A stretch of 64,000 nucleotides of DNA. It comes from Candidatus Hydrogenedentota bacterium. Lineage in GTDB: Bacteria; Hydrogenedentota; Hydrogenedentia; Hydrogenedentales; SLHB01. The position numbers and the translations under genes are program-made. Location of the stretch: the NCBI GenBank assembly GCA_045863295.1, contig BTWA01000005.1:128001-192000 (forward strand), in the 5' to 3' direction. The notes under the pieces were generated by a model. That model was given only the letters and a program-made list of their open reading frames with translations, was not told where the DNA came from and did not search any database. Shown piece after piece: positions 38,819 to 49,735 of the stretch. Position 1 is the stretch's first letter; each line of letters begins with the position of its first letter.

Positions 38819-39634
38819 TTACTCCGCACGATACAAAAGATACACGCATACCACGACGATTCCGAGCACAATCCGGTACCATCCAAAGATCCTGAAGTCG
38901 TGCTTTTGAATGTAGGCCATGAGAAAGGCAATGGAAGCGTATGCGACCAAAAACGACACGACGCATCCTACGGCCAGCACTGACCATTCATGCGGGGTGA
39001 AGCCGCCGCCTTTCTTTACGATCGTGAGCATCGTTGCGCCGACCATCGTGGGAATGGCAAGAAAGAATGAGAATTCGGCCGCCACCGGGCGCGAGGCGCC
39101 CAGGAGCATCGCGCCAATAATGGTGGAAGCCGAACGCGACATGCCGGGCCACATTGCGAGGCATTGAAACAAGCCAATTTTCAGAGCAGTGGCATAGCGC
39201 AAGTCCGCGATTGACGTATGTGTGGGGGATTTGCTCATCGATTCAATGTACAAGAGCGCGGCGCCACCTGCGATCAGCGCTGCGGCAACCGGAACTTCCC
39301 AAAGCAAATACGATTCGATGAGGTCGTCGAACAGAAGCCCAAGCACACCGGCGGGAATAACCGCCACGATCACTTTCAGCCAGACGTCGAAGACCGCCCG
39401 TCTTTCTTGTGGAGGCTTGGCAAACGGCCATAGTCGACTCCAGAAATATACGACCACGGACAGAATGGCCGGCAATTGGATGACCACGATAAATGTCTTG
39501 GCAAACGAAGGGCCGAATCCGAGATCGACAACTCGGTCGACGAGCACAAGGTGGCCCGTGCTCGAAATGGGTATGAACTCGGTAAGTCCCTCCACGGTGG
39601 CCAGGAGGACAGCTTTCAAATACTCCACGAACAC
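38819..39634 (-). CDS. uppP: Undecaprenyl-diphosphatase (BacA)
   Basis: VEGLTEFIPISSTGH, PGMSRS, AEFSFFLAIP, FGWYRI; GTG start inferred. Confidence 0.93.
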   Translation of the reverse strand: MFVEYLKAVLLATVEGLTEFIPISSTGHLVLVDRVVDLGFGPSFAKTFIVVIQLPAILSVVVYFWSRLWPFAKPPQERRAVFDVWLKVIVAVIPAGVLGLLFDDLIESYLLWEVPVAAALIAGGAALLYIESMSKSPTHTSIADLRYATALKIGLFQCLAMWPGMSRSASTIIGAMLLGASRPVAAEFSFFLAIPTMVGATMLTIVKKGGGFTPHEWSVLAVGCVVSFLVAYASIAFLMAYIQKHDFRIFGWYRIVLGIVVVCVYLLYRAE

Positions 39635-39935
39635 GTATCTCCGCGGACGCGCCAGTGCGCCCCATGTGGTGCCGCTTGCGAGCGCCCGCGTATCCCGCAT
39701 GCCAGCCTGAGGTTAAGAAGCTCCATACTATCCAAGAGTGTGCGAGTCAGATGCAAGCCGCGGCCCCTACGTCCGCGCGACTTATCCCCGTTTGCAACTC
39801 ACGGCCAAAAAGTGTACACTTTCTGGACTAAGTGCTTGTTTCAAGTTCGGGGCGGAATCGCAATCATTCGTACCGGTTGAAAACACGATTCAACCGGATT
39901 CAATTCACCTTCTAGGGCTGTCGATACATTACTTC

Positions 39936-40400
39936 ATGAGCGTATTTGGGATAGATATCACTCCGCAAGCGGTGCGCTTTTTTGACCCGGGCGTCTCCAA
40001 ACACGACGCGTTGGATGCTCTCGTGGACGCCATTGTCAGCACGGGCGCGATTCAGGATCCGGCGAGCTTTAGGCGTGCCGTGCACGAGCGTGAGCAAGTC
40101 ATGAGCACGGGCATTGGCCAAGGGGTCGCAATTCCTCACGTGCGCATCGATGCCGTTGCACGGGGCGTGGTGGGTGTGGGAATCGCCAAATGTGGAATTG
40201 AGTTCGACACTCTGGATAACGAGCCAGTCCGGATTATCGTATTGTTCGCCATGCCCAGCGGTTCTCACCGGGAATACTTGACACTGCTGGCCAGTGTCAT
40301 GACGGTAATGAAAGAAGCCGAGTTCCGGGATCAACTAATCGCCTGCGACACGCCGGAAGATATATCTGCCGTGCTCAACGGCGCGTCCAGCCATTTGTAG
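39936..40400 (+). CDS. PTS EIIA (Ntr/Fru-type) domain protein
   Basis: REQVMSTGIGQGVAIPH. Confidence 0.88.
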   Translation: MSVFGIDITPQAVRFFDPGVSKHDALDALVDAIVSTGAIQDPASFRRAVHEREQVMSTGIGQGVAIPHVRIDAVARGVVGVGIAKCGIEFDTLDNEPVRIIVLFAMPSGSHREYLTLLASVMTVMKEAEFRDQLIACDTPEDISAVLNGASSHL

Positions 40401-40482
40401 CTTTCTTTTCCACTAAAACTTTCCGTTTGCACGTTTCAATCCCGCATTTTCGTGGTAAAATCCAGTGGGGGAGATTTCGTGT

Positions 40483-41391
40483 ATGAAACTCTCGCATATC
40501 CTTCGACCCGACTGGGTTGTGACGGGTCTTGCCGCCCGCACCTTGCCGGATGCCATTCAAGAAACACTCACTAAGGCAAGCCGCTTTTCCCCCGCGATGG
40601 ACATTGCGGCCATCGTACGCGCTGTTCAACTTCGCGAGCAGCAAGGCAGCACCGCCGTAGGACGCGGCATTGCGATTCCGCACGCGCGCATAGCCGGTCT
40701 CACGGAGTACTACGTCCTTTTGGGAGTGCCCCAAGAGGCTCTCGCCGAAGTGGGGCAAGACGGTACCGCCATTGATCTCGTGTTCATTCTTTTGGGTAAC
40801 AGCCATCACAGCGAATTCATGCTTCAATCCCTGGCACTTATCGCGGAGATATCCAAAGACAATACGATGATGGCCGCGATTCGTGGCGCGCCAAGTGGCC
40901 GGGAGATATGGGCTGCGATTGACCAGTTTCCACTTCATTTAAAGCAGGGCGTATTTGCGGCGGATGTGATGGAACGTTGCGCGGTGGTTGTCCAGGAAGA
41001 CACCGTCATGGGCACTATGCTGGATCAAATGGCAAAGGAGCGGGTTGACGAAGCAGCCGTTTGCACTACGACAGGCCGATTGATCGGTGAGGTGACATCG
41101 CGCGAGATCATCGCGGCCATATTTCCTGACTGTATGCTGCGCATGCCGGGGGGGATTGGCTTTATGAGTGGCTTTGAGCCATTCAACCAATTTTTTCAAC
41201 GAGAACGGCACATGAAGGTGAAGGATGTCATGAACCGGGCTCCTCTTGTGGTCAGTGCGGACGATGCGCTCTCGCAGGTAGTTTTTCGTATGCACAGCGA
41301 GGGTGTGGCATTGGCGTGGGTGCTATCCGATTTGCAGCTGACAGGTCTGGTCAGGCGTAACAGCATCATGATGCGTGTGTTGAGGACATGA
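40483..41391 (+). CDS. PTS EIIA domain + CBS-pair fusion protein
   Basis: REQQGSTAVGRGIAIPHAR followed by AADVM...GEVT and VKDVM CBS motifs. Confidence 0.8.
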   Translation: MKLSHILRPDWVVTGLAARTLPDAIQETLTKASRFSPAMDIAAIVRAVQLREQQGSTAVGRGIAIPHARIAGLTEYYVLLGVPQEALAEVGQDGTAIDLVFILLGNSHHSEFMLQSLALIAEISKDNTMMAAIRGAPSGREIWAAIDQFPLHLKQGVFAADVMERCAVVVQEDTVMGTMLDQMAKERVDEAAVCTTTGRLIGEVTSREIIAAIFPDCMLRMPGGIGFMSGFEPFNQFFQRERHMKVKDVMNRAPLVVSADDALSQVVFRMHSEGVALAWVLSDLQLTGLVRRNSIMMRVLRT

Positions 41392-42707
41392 TGGAAGCGA
41401 AAGGCTACATGGCTGTTGCCGTGTTCGCAGTCACCTATGCGTTTGTTTTTTCTGGACGCGTGGACAAGACAATCGCTGTTATCACGGGTGCCACGGTTAT
41501 GATTCTGACCGGCTTAATCCGGCAGGGCGACGCATTTCGATCGATAGACCTGAACGTCATTTTCCTTCTGATTGGCATGATGATCATCACCCATTACCTC
41601 GCCAAGAGTGGATTTTTCGGGTACCTCGCAGTCCGAATTGCGCAGTGGGCGCGGGGATATCCGGCAGCGCTGGTTGCGCTGATGTGCGCCGCCACGGGCG
41701 TTTTGTCGTCCTTGGTTGACAACGTAACCACCGTACTGCTGGTGGCCCCCGTGACCTTTATTATCGCGCAACAGCTAGAGATTAATCCTGTGCCTTTTCT
41801 CGTCTTTGAAGTATTGGCGGCCAATATCGGAGGCACGGCTACACTGATTGGCGATCCCCCGAATATTCTCATTGGCAGTCGAGCAGGCCTCACGTTCAAC
41901 GAGTTTCTTTGGCACCTGGCGCCTATCACATTCGCGTGCCTCGCCGGTTTGATTGGCATGGCCGTATTTGTCATCGCGAAGGCTGGCCACGTTCCCCGGG
42001 CTCTGAGGCTTCGTGTAATGGAGATGCGGCCGGAAAAGGCCATCACGGATAAGGTAACGTTGGTCAAAAGTTTGACAGTGCTGGCGTTGGTGCTGGCCGC
42101 ATTCCTGCTGCATGATGTGGCCGGATTTGAGCCGGCAACCGTTGCGTTGGCCGGATCCGCCATCTTGATCTTGATTACGGATGGCAATCCCACTAAGGCC
42201 TTCGAGGCCGTAGAGTGGCCTACCCTGTTTTTTCTCATGGGACTATTCGTACTGGTCAGCGGATTGGATGCGAATGGCGTGCTTCAATGGGCGGCAGGCG
42301 AAGTTATGGGAGTCACGCAAGGCAGTTTGTGGGTAACGGCCCTTATACTGATATGGTTTTCGGCAGTACTTTCGTCCTTGATCGGAAACATTCCCTTGGT
42401 GGCGACCATGATTCCCATCGTACACGCCATGGTTCCTGTGCTGTCGAGTCAACCGGGTGCCGACGCGAAAGCGGTGTCATTCGCGCTGTGGTGGTCTCTT
42501 GCCTTGGGGGCCTGTTTCGGCGGGAATGGCAGCGTGTTTGGTGCCGCCGCAAATGTGGTGGTACTTGAGATTGCCGATCGAAGCGGTACCCCCATATCAA
42601 TGGGTACCTTTTCCCGATACAGTATTCCGGTAACGATTGCCACGTTGGCGGCCTCTTCCGCGTACGTCGTGTTGCGATACGTTGCGGGAGCAGGGCAAGC
42701 TCTATAG
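41388..42707 (+). CDS. ArsB/NhaD (IT superfamily) ion transporter
   Basis: DNVTTVLL, ANIGGTATLIGDPPN, LGACFGGNG..GAAAN. Confidence 0.88.
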   Translation: MMEAKGYMAVAVFAVTYAFVFSGRVDKTIAVITGATVMILTGLIRQGDAFRSIDLNVIFLLIGMMIITHYLAKSGFFGYLAVRIAQWARGYPAALVALMCAATGVLSSLVDNVTTVLLVAPVTFIIAQQLEINPVPFLVFEVLAANIGGTATLIGDPPNILIGSRAGLTFNEFLWHLAPITFACLAGLIGMAVFVIAKAGHVPRALRLRVMEMRPEKAITDKVTLVKSLTVLALVLAAFLLHDVAGFEPATVALAGSAILILITDGNPTKAFEAVEWPTLFFLMGLFVLVSGLDANGVLQWAAGEVMGVTQGSLWVTALILIWFSAVLSSLIGNIPLVATMIPIVHAMVPVLSSQPGADAKAVSFALWWSLALGACFGGNGSVFGAAANVVVLEIADRSGTPISMGTFSRYSIPVTIATLAASSAYVVLRYVAGAGQAL

Positions 42708-44198
42708 GACTCGGCTAAGCGCGTGCGCTTCGATTTCGCGATAACCCCAGCCAAAATTGCGAAGAAAAGTCGAGAACGCATCCCGCTCCGCAGCGGACTC
42801 GAACTCAAACCCAAGGAGGGCGTGTCCTACCTGTTCGCCTGTAAATGCATAGTTGAAGTAGCAGATGTTTGCTTTCCCGCTCGCATTGCGCAAAAAATCT
42901 CGTAGCGCGCCCGCGCGCTCGGGAAACTCCAGCGTAATGAATAAAGGCTTGCAGAACAGTGCCGGCTCATAATGCACCATACGAAACTCGACGTCCGTTT
43001 GCGATGTTACATCCTCACAGGGAATCCCGTGAATTGCCAACTTCGCGAGAGCGTTGTTGGCCGCATCCGGGGGCGCCTCAATCCCTATTACGGGGAAGGC
43101 CTTCTCCGCGTGGATCTTACCGTACTGAAATTCGATGATGTTGACCTCATCCAAGTCTTTTTCAAGCACCTCAAGCAACGAGCCACGCGCCTCCGATAGT
43201 TCAAGCCGCAGGTATCGCCGGGTTGCCATACCGATGCCCGCGTGCCGTGCGATCCACGCCAACTGGCCGAAATCCAGATTGGCCCCGCACAACACGGAAA
43301 GCACCCGTTTTCCCTCCAACCGGTCACGGTGTTTCAGCACGCCCGCGAGTCCCATGGCGCCGGAAGGTTCGGGTATTACCCGTTTAGACTCCCAGAGCGT
43401 CTGAATCGCCGCGCAGACTTCCTCATTGGTGACGGTAATGAATTCATCGATCAATTCGGCGCACATTGGATACGTTAGATCACCGGCTCGCTTGACCGCA
43501 GTCCCATCGCAGAATACGTCGACATGGTCAAGTGTAATCGGGCGGCCTGCGCTCACGGCCGCCGCCATGCTGGCCTGGTCTACGCCTTCCACGCCCACGA
43601 TTCGGATACCGGGGTAATAGGCTTTCAGCCAACACGCCACGGAGGCGGCCATGCCTCCTCCGCCAATCTGCAGATAGGCTGCGTCTATTGGCCCAGCCGC
43701 CATGACCACTTCGTCGGCCAGCGTGCCCTGTCCTCCCATAACCGCCCAGTCGTCATAGGGATGGATGTAGGCAAGGCCAGTGTTGTCAGCCAGCGCACGA
43801 GCTTCCAGTGCGGCGTCGTCATACGTATCCCCGGTCAAGACTACGCTTACCGCGTCGCCTCCGTGGCGGATGACGGCGACTTGTTTCATTTTTGGAGTGG
43901 ATACGGGCATGAAAATATGGGCGTGAATACCCAGTTTGCGTGCGGCGAGGGCCACGCCTTGGGCATGGTTGCCGGCGGACGCGCAGACAACGCCTTCGCG
44001 GATGGCCGGTTCGGGAAGCGTTGCCATGGCGTTGTATGCGCCACGCCACTTATAGGCATGGATTGGGGAGAGGTCCTCCCTTTTAAGCAGAACTTCCGTT
44101 GGAAACGGCAATTCGATTCGTTGCAACGGCGTGGGATCGGACACTGCGTACACGCGCTGGCGGGCCATCAGAATCTCGTTAAACAAGCGCTGGCGCAT
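42702..44198 (-). CDS. ilvA: Biosynthetic threonine ammonia-lyase with ACT-like C-terminus
   Basis: [36 protein letters not shown]. Confidence 0.9.
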   Translation of the reverse strand: MRQRLFNEILMARQRVYAVSDPTPLQRIELPFPTEVLLKREDLSPIHAYKWRGAYNAMATLPEPAIREGVVCASAGNHAQGVALAARKLGIHAHIFMPVSTPKMKQVAVIRHGGDAVSVVLTGDTYDDAALEARALADNTGLAYIHPYDDWAVMGGQGTLADEVVMAAGPIDAAYLQIGGGGMAASVACWLKAYYPGIRIVGVEGVDQASMAAAVSAGRPITLDHVDVFCDGTAVKRAGDLTYPMCAELIDEFITVTNEEVCAAIQTLWESKRVIPEPSGAMGLAGVLKHRDRLEGKRVLSVLCGANLDFGQLAWIARHAGIGMATRRYLRLELSEARGSLLEVLEKDLDEVNIIEFQYGKIHAEKAFPVIGIEAPPDAANNALAKLAIHGIPCEDVTSQTDVEFRMVHYEPALFCKPLFITLEFPERAGALRDFLRNASGKANICYFNYAFTGEQVGHALLGFEFESAAERDAFSTFLRNFGWGYREIEAHALSRVL

Positions 44199-44330
44199 GG
44201 CCTTTCCTCTTTCCCCTACGGTTCCTGTTACCGTACCTGAACGTATGCGTACAGGGAAAGTCCGGATAGGGGAGGATGGATTCACGCACGATCATTTGAT
44301 ACAACGGTTCCAACTGGAAAGGTGTTCACA

Positions 44331-45509
44331 ATGATTAAGCGAATCGCATCGGTGATGATAGTGGTTTCCATGAGTGCCTCGGCCCAGGAATGGGTGGACT
44401 TCACGCCTTCAACCGGTTTGGCGGGTTGGACCGTGTTTGAAGGCGCATGGAAGAGCGAAGAAGGCGAGTTTACGGGCCAAGCGGAAAGCGGAAACGAGGC
44501 CGCCATCGTGTTTGACCGCGAATTTGCCGATTTCGAATGGGAAATGGAGATACTCGCACCTGCCGCGGGTGCAGCCGAGATCGTGTTTCGCGGGCATCGA
44601 TTGCCGATTTTGCCCGTGGTTCAGCCTTCTGAAGGGGAGGTGCCCATGGGAGTCTATGGGTATAGCATTGGTGTGACAGCGGAAGAGGATGCCGTTTCGA
44701 TTGCATTTGTAGACAGGCTGCGCAAAGGAGAGTTGGTCAAGGCGAGAAAGGCGGCTATCGCTGAGTTCAAATCCGGAGAATGGAATCGCGTGGCGATTTC
44801 CGCGCAGGGGGAGAGCATCGCGGTAACCATAAACGGAACGCCCGCGCTCAGCGGCGAGAGTTCAACCTACTCCAAGGGCATTCTTGCCTTAACCACGTCT
44901 TCAGAGATTCGAGTGCGAGGGATGCGGGTTAAGGATAAGGATCGCGTTGGGGAGTGGCAACCGCTTTTCAACGGCCAGAATTTCGACGGTTGGCAGGTTT
45001 GGGGCACTGAGGAATGGGTCGTTGAGAACAGTGAGATCATAGGCCGAAGCGGCCCTGCAAAATCTGAAGGGTATCTATCCACGTTGCAGACGTGGAAAGA
45101 TTTCCATGTGCGCGGATCGTTTAAAACGCTTGGAGAAGGCAACTACGGGCTCTTTTTTCATTCGACTATTGCGTACGACGACAAGAACTATCCTGTGATC
45201 ACGGGGATCCAAGGAGAGGTCGAGCCGGGATACCCGGGATCGAGCGGTTGGCTGTACGAGAGCTACAAGCGCGGCTGGCTGGTGGAGCCCGACAAGGCGA
45301 CCCTGCCTGCCTACGCCTTGCGCGTGGGGGAGTGGAATGAAATTGAAATCATGAGTAAGGGAAACCGCATGGTCACATGGGTTAACGGTGTAAACGTCAT
45401 GGATTGGCGCGACCCTGCGCCGAATGTCGTTGAAGGATCGTTTGCGCTTCAACTTCACGCGGGAGGAGTGGACGGTATCATGTGGAAAGACATTTACGTC
45501 AAGAAGTGA
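44331..45509 (+). CDS. Secreted tandem DUF1080 protein
   Basis: Signal peptide; LFNGQNFDGW, GEWN, ALQLH. Confidence 0.8.
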   Translation: MIKRIASVMIVVSMSASAQEWVDFTPSTGLAGWTVFEGAWKSEEGEFTGQAESGNEAAIVFDREFADFEWEMEILAPAAGAAEIVFRGHRLPILPVVQPSEGEVPMGVYGYSIGVTAEEDAVSIAFVDRLRKGELVKARKAAIAEFKSGEWNRVAISAQGESIAVTINGTPALSGESSTYSKGILALTTSSEIRVRGMRVKDKDRVGEWQPLFNGQNFDGWQVWGTEEWVVENSEIIGRSGPAKSEGYLSTLQTWKDFHVRGSFKTLGEGNYGLFFHSTIAYDDKNYPVITGIQGEVEPGYPGSSGWLYESYKRGWLVEPDKATLPAYALRVGEWNEIEIMSKGNRMVTWVNGVNVMDWRDPAPNVVEGSFALQLHAGGVDGIMWKDIYVKK

Positions 45510-45576
45510 GTCAAAACATGACATGCCGATCCCTGGATCAGGCACCGCAAATGCGATTGACGCAAGGAGTCTTGGC

Positions 45577-46935
45577 GTGGAAATCAGAAAGTTGCTTTTT
45601 CTGTTTTTGGCTGTCGCCGCACCTCAGGCGTTCGGTGAAATGAAAACCGGTGTTGGCATCTCTGTGATTACCCCGCACGAAGATATGTGGATGTCGGGAT
45701 ACGCGTCTCGTAAAGAACCATCGTCAGGGAAAATCCACGACCTTTATGGAAAGGCGCTGGCCATTGACGATGGCGCGGGCAGCCGAGTGGTTGTTGTCAC
45801 CACGGACCTGATTGGGTTGCCATCGGCCATTTCGGACCGGGTGGCGGAGGCCGCGAAGGCCAAGCACGGGATCGAGCGATCGGGTCTGATGCTTACGTCA
45901 TCCCATACGCATTGCGGCCCCGTTGTGCGTGGAAACCTGATGAGCATGTACGCCCTGGACGAGGTTCAAGGCAAGAAGGTCGCCTTGTACGCGGAATTTC
46001 TCGTTGAGGCGTTGAACAAGGCCGTGGATGAGGCAATCGCAAACCTACGGCCGGGCGAGTTGCACTGGGGGCACGGCCATGCGACTTTCGCGAAAAACCG
46101 GCGCCAGTACACGGTGGGCGGGCTTGTGAACGGCATCAACCCTATCGGCCCTGTGGACCATGATGTGCCCTTACTGGTGGCACGCAATGGAGATGGTTCA
46201 ATTAAGGCCGTATTGTTTGGGTATGCCTGTCACAACACCACGCTGAGTTTCCAACAAATCTGCGGCGACTACGCTGGTTTCGCGCAGGCCTACATACAGG
46301 AGAATATACCGGGCGCAACGGCACTGTTTGCCATGGGGTGCGGCGCTGACGCAAACCCGCAGCCGCGAGGCAAACTCGAATTGGCACAACAGCACGGAAC
46401 TGAATTGGGTAAAGCTGTCTTGGAAGGTTTGGAAGGTGAACTGAAATCGATTTCCGGTCCGATACACGCCGCGTTTGAGGAAACAGCATTGCCGCTGACG
46501 CCTCCCCCCACGCGCGAAGAAGTCGAGGCGCAGCTCAACGACAAAGACGTTTACATTCAGCGACGGGCCCAATGGTTGTTGGAATCCATCGACCGCGATG
46601 GACCGCTCAAGGCCAGCTATCCTTGCCCGGTACAAGTGTGGCGTTTTGGAAACGACTTGCAGATAACTGCCCTTGGCGGTGAGGTCGTAGTCGATTATGC
46701 TCTTCGCATCAAGTATGAATTGGGCCAGGACAATCAGTTTGTAGTCGCGTATGCAAACGACGTATTCGCTTATGTGCCTTCGCTGCGTATCCTGCGCGAG
46801 GGCGGCTACGAGGGCGACACATCGATGATTTACTATGGATTGTACGGTCCCTGGGCTCCGGAAGTGGAAGATACCTTGCTCGATGCCGTCAGGCGATTGA
46901 CAAAGCAGACGGGTGGGAAACTGTTGGAACAATGA
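45577..46935 (+). CDS. Neutral/alkaline ceramidase-like hydrolase
   Basis: MSGYASR, SHTHCGP, YACHNT, GCGADANP, EGGYE; GTG start after AAGGAG. Confidence 0.75.
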   Translation: MEIRKLLFLFLAVAAPQAFGEMKTGVGISVITPHEDMWMSGYASRKEPSSGKIHDLYGKALAIDDGAGSRVVVVTTDLIGLPSAISDRVAEAAKAKHGIERSGLMLTSSHTHCGPVVRGNLMSMYALDEVQGKKVALYAEFLVEALNKAVDEAIANLRPGELHWGHGHATFAKNRRQYTVGGLVNGINPIGPVDHDVPLLVARNGDGSIKAVLFGYACHNTTLSFQQICGDYAGFAQAYIQENIPGATALFAMGCGADANPQPRGKLELAQQHGTELGKAVLEGLEGELKSISGPIHAAFEETALPLTPPPTREEVEAQLNDKDVYIQRRAQWLLESIDRDGPLKASYPCPVQVWRFGNDLQITALGGEVVVDYALRIKYELGQDNQFVVAYANDVFAYVPSLRILREGGYEGDTSMIYYGLYGPWAPEVEDTLLDAVRRLTKQTGGKLLEQ

Positions 46936-46983
46936 CTTATCGAATTCCGGTTCGAAGTTCGATGCGTGACAGGGAGACGTCAA

Positions 46984-48354
46984 ATGCATAGGGCACTTGC
47001 TGTGACGGCGTTGGCCGTCTGGATGGCCTCAGCGTCTGCCCAATCGACGATTTCTGTGGCCTATTTCGAAATCGATGTGACGCCGCCGATTGGCACCCCT
47101 TTGTGTGGCGGGTCAGTCAAGCCCGCCATGGCAATAGATGATCCGTTGAGCGCGCGCGGCCTTGTCTTACTGCCGAAGAATCAGGCGGCCATAGTCTTGT
47201 GTGCGGTAGATTGGGTCGGGATTGCCAACGCAAGCTACGACGATTGGCGTGGAGCGCTGGCCTCGGCGGCGGACACAACTCCGGAGCGGGTAGCCGTGCA
47301 CACCCTTCACCAACACGATGCGCCGTTCGTCGATCAATCCACCGAGGAACTGATCGCGGCTTATGGTCTCGGCGGGCAGATGTACGATGTGGCGGCGGCG
47401 TCTGACTCTATTCAGCGCGCGGCCAAAGCCGTGTCCGACGCTGTTCTCGCGGCCGTTCCAGTAACCCATGTGAGCACAGGTAAAGCAGTGGTGGACCGAG
47501 TTGCATCGAATCGCCGAATCCTTGGCGAGGACGGCCGGGTGGAGCATGTGCGCTGGACTGCGACGGCCGACTCCAAAGTGAGAGCCTTTGGTGTGGGCAC
47601 GATTGACCCTTACGTGCGTTGCATTGGCCTATGGAACGAAGGCGCACCCGTTGCCGCTTTGACCTACTATGCCACACACCCGCAGAGCAACTATGGTAGG
47701 GGGCGTGTAAGCGCGGATTTTGTGGGAATGGCGCGAAGCATGTTGGAACACGAATTGCCCGGTGTCAAGGTGGTTCACTTTAATGGCGCCGGTGGAAATG
47801 TCGGCGCGGGAAAATACAACAACGGTGCCATCGAAAACCGGACTGTCTTGGCGGAGCGGCTGTTTGAAGGCATGCGGCTCGCGTGGGAGTTCGGCGAACG
47901 AACGCCCGTATCCGCAGCCGATGTGACATGGCTTGTCCACTCAGTCGCGCTTCCTCTTCGCGACGATGTGGACGAGAATCATGAGCGGGTACGATTGGCG
48001 GACGAAGCCCTGAAACCCGGTGAACGGGAGCAAGCCGCACACGAAATTGTCTGGATGGAACGTGTAAGGCAGGGACACAAGATCGATCTGAGCCTGCTAA
48101 ACATAGGCCCCGCATCAATTCTGCATATGCCGGGCGAACTTTTTGTCGAGTATCAATTGGCCGCGCAAGCGATGCGACCCGAGGGGTTTGTAGCCATGGC
48201 TTCCTATGGTGAATATGGGCCCGGCTACATTGGCACGCGCATAGCGTACACTCAAGGTGGGTACGAAGACGCTGTATATGTATCCCGTACCGCGCCCAAG
48301 GTGGAGGTTGTCTTGCTTGAAGGAATGCGGGCTCTTTTAGAGCAGTCTCGATAA
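46984..48354 (+). CDS. Second ceramidase-fold secreted protein
   Basis: DVTPP.G, HQHDAP, YATHP, PGELFVEY, GGYE. Confidence 0.65.
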   Translation: MHRALAVTALAVWMASASAQSTISVAYFEIDVTPPIGTPLCGGSVKPAMAIDDPLSARGLVLLPKNQAAIVLCAVDWVGIANASYDDWRGALASAADTTPERVAVHTLHQHDAPFVDQSTEELIAAYGLGGQMYDVAAASDSIQRAAKAVSDAVLAAVPVTHVSTGKAVVDRVASNRRILGEDGRVEHVRWTATADSKVRAFGVGTIDPYVRCIGLWNEGAPVAALTYYATHPQSNYGRGRVSADFVGMARSMLEHELPGVKVVHFNGAGGNVGAGKYNNGAIENRTVLAERLFEGMRLAWEFGERTPVSAADVTWLVHSVALPLRDDVDENHERVRLADEALKPGEREQAAHEIVWMERVRQGHKIDLSLLNIGPASILHMPGELFVEYQLAAQAMRPEGFVAMASYGEYGPGYIGTRIAYTQGGYEDAVYVSRTAPKVEVVLLEGMRALLEQSR

Positions 48355-48433
48355 CAGCAAACAGTTTAAATTTGTACCTGCACGGTATACTCTTGTGACC
48401 ATCAAGGGCAGCACAACATAGGAGGATCGCGCG

Positions 48434-48583
48434 ATGCCGATGCTGAGGCGCAGTACCGTTCGCAGTGTTGGGGGCAGCATATTTGCGATTGTAGTTCTGG
48501 TGATTGGCGTGGCCATTGCAGCAGCGCTGTTAGGGATTAACATTCCGGGATTGAACATCATTTCCAGTGCGCTTGGGTTTTGA
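48434..48583 (+). CDS. Small (49 aa) single-pass membrane protein
   Basis: AGGAGG RBS; MPMLRRSTVRSVGGSIFAIVVLVIGVAIAAALLGINIPGLNIISSALGF*; below the ORF-track cutoff. Confidence 0.6.
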   Translation: MPMLRRSTVRSVGGSIFAIVVLVIGVAIAAALLGINIPGLNIISSALGF

Positions 48584-48585
48584 GT

Positions 48586-49707
48586 ATGCGTATTGAACAC
48601 TTTGTATTTGCTACTTGCGCATGTCTGTGCATCGGACCGGCAGTTGCGGCGGACCCGGCACCGGCAGAGAATTTTTCAGTCGTACCGGTCATGCGTGAAC
48701 GGTTCGACGCATTGGGCCGCTCTCTCCGGTTCTGGGGTGGTGGCCCCGACGAGTTTGACGCCTGGTCTCGTGTAGCGCGGCCGATGCTTGAGTGGACTAT
48801 TGGCCTGGACACTATGAAGACATGCGCACTGAACCCGGCCGTGTCTGAGCGGGTTGACGCGGGTGACCATTGGCGCGAACGCGTGGTAATCCAGGTGGAG
48901 CCCGGCTTACACATGCCCGTCTTCGTGCTTATTCCAAAGTCCGGCGATGCTCCTTTTCCCGTCGTCATTGCACCGCACGGCCATGGGGGGGGCGGCAAAA
49001 CGGCTGTTGCAGGAGTGGCTAGCACGCCCGAAGTGGGCAAGGCCATTGAGAGCTTTAACTACGACTACGGTTTGGATTTTGTGCGGGCCGGGTTCATCGT
49101 GTTTTGCCCGGATGCCCGTGGATTTGGAGAGCGCCAAGAGGACATCGTGAAGGGAGATCCCATTCGCCATTCCTGCCAGTGGATCAATAATATGGCGATG
49201 CCATTGGGGCAAACAGTCACGGGCATGTGGGTGTGGGATCTAAAGCGGCTTGCGGATTATGTGGAGACGCGGCCGGATTGCGATTCAAGACGAATTGGAT
49301 GTGCCGGGCTTAGCGGAGGCGGCCTGCAAACGTTGTGGTTCACGGCTCTGGACGAACGTGTGAAAGCCGCCGTCGTGAGCGGGTACTTTTATGGCGTGCG
49401 AGAATCTCTGTTGGATATGCACCAGAATTGTTCCTGCAACTACGTCCCGCATTTGTGGGAAATCGCGGACCACGGGGACTTGGGTTCGCTCATTGCACCG
49501 AGGCCGTTAATGATTCAGACGGGCGACGAAGATTCCCTAAACGGAGCGAGCAATCTGGACAACGTCCGGCCGCAAGTTGCGATCGCGCTGGAAGGCTACA
49601 AGTCTTTCAACGGGGAGGGCGCGCTGGTTCACGACATTTTTCACGGACCTCACCGTTGGGATTCTACCAACAGCGTGCCGTTTCTGGTGAAGGCATTGCA
49701 GCCGTAA
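48586..49707 (+). CDS. Secreted alpha/beta hydrolase (dienelactone hydrolase/acetylxylan esterase-like)
   Basis: HGHG, GLSGGG nucleophile elbow, APRPL..G..D, GPHRW. Confidence 0.8.
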   Translation: MRIEHFVFATCACLCIGPAVAADPAPAENFSVVPVMRERFDALGRSLRFWGGGPDEFDAWSRVARPMLEWTIGLDTMKTCALNPAVSERVDAGDHWRERVVIQVEPGLHMPVFVLIPKSGDAPFPVVIAPHGHGGGGKTAVAGVASTPEVGKAIESFNYDYGLDFVRAGFIVFCPDARGFGERQEDIVKGDPIRHSCQWINNMAMPLGQTVTGMWVWDLKRLADYVETRPDCDSRRIGCAGLSGGGLQTLWFTALDERVKAAVVSGYFYGVRESLLDMHQNCSCNYVPHLWEIADHGDLGSLIAPRPLMIQTGDEDSLNGASNLDNVRPQVAIALEGYKSFNGEGALVHDIFHGPHRWDSTNSVPFLVKALQP

Positions 49708-49735
49708 TCGGGCTTGGGACTGGCGCGGGATCTTC

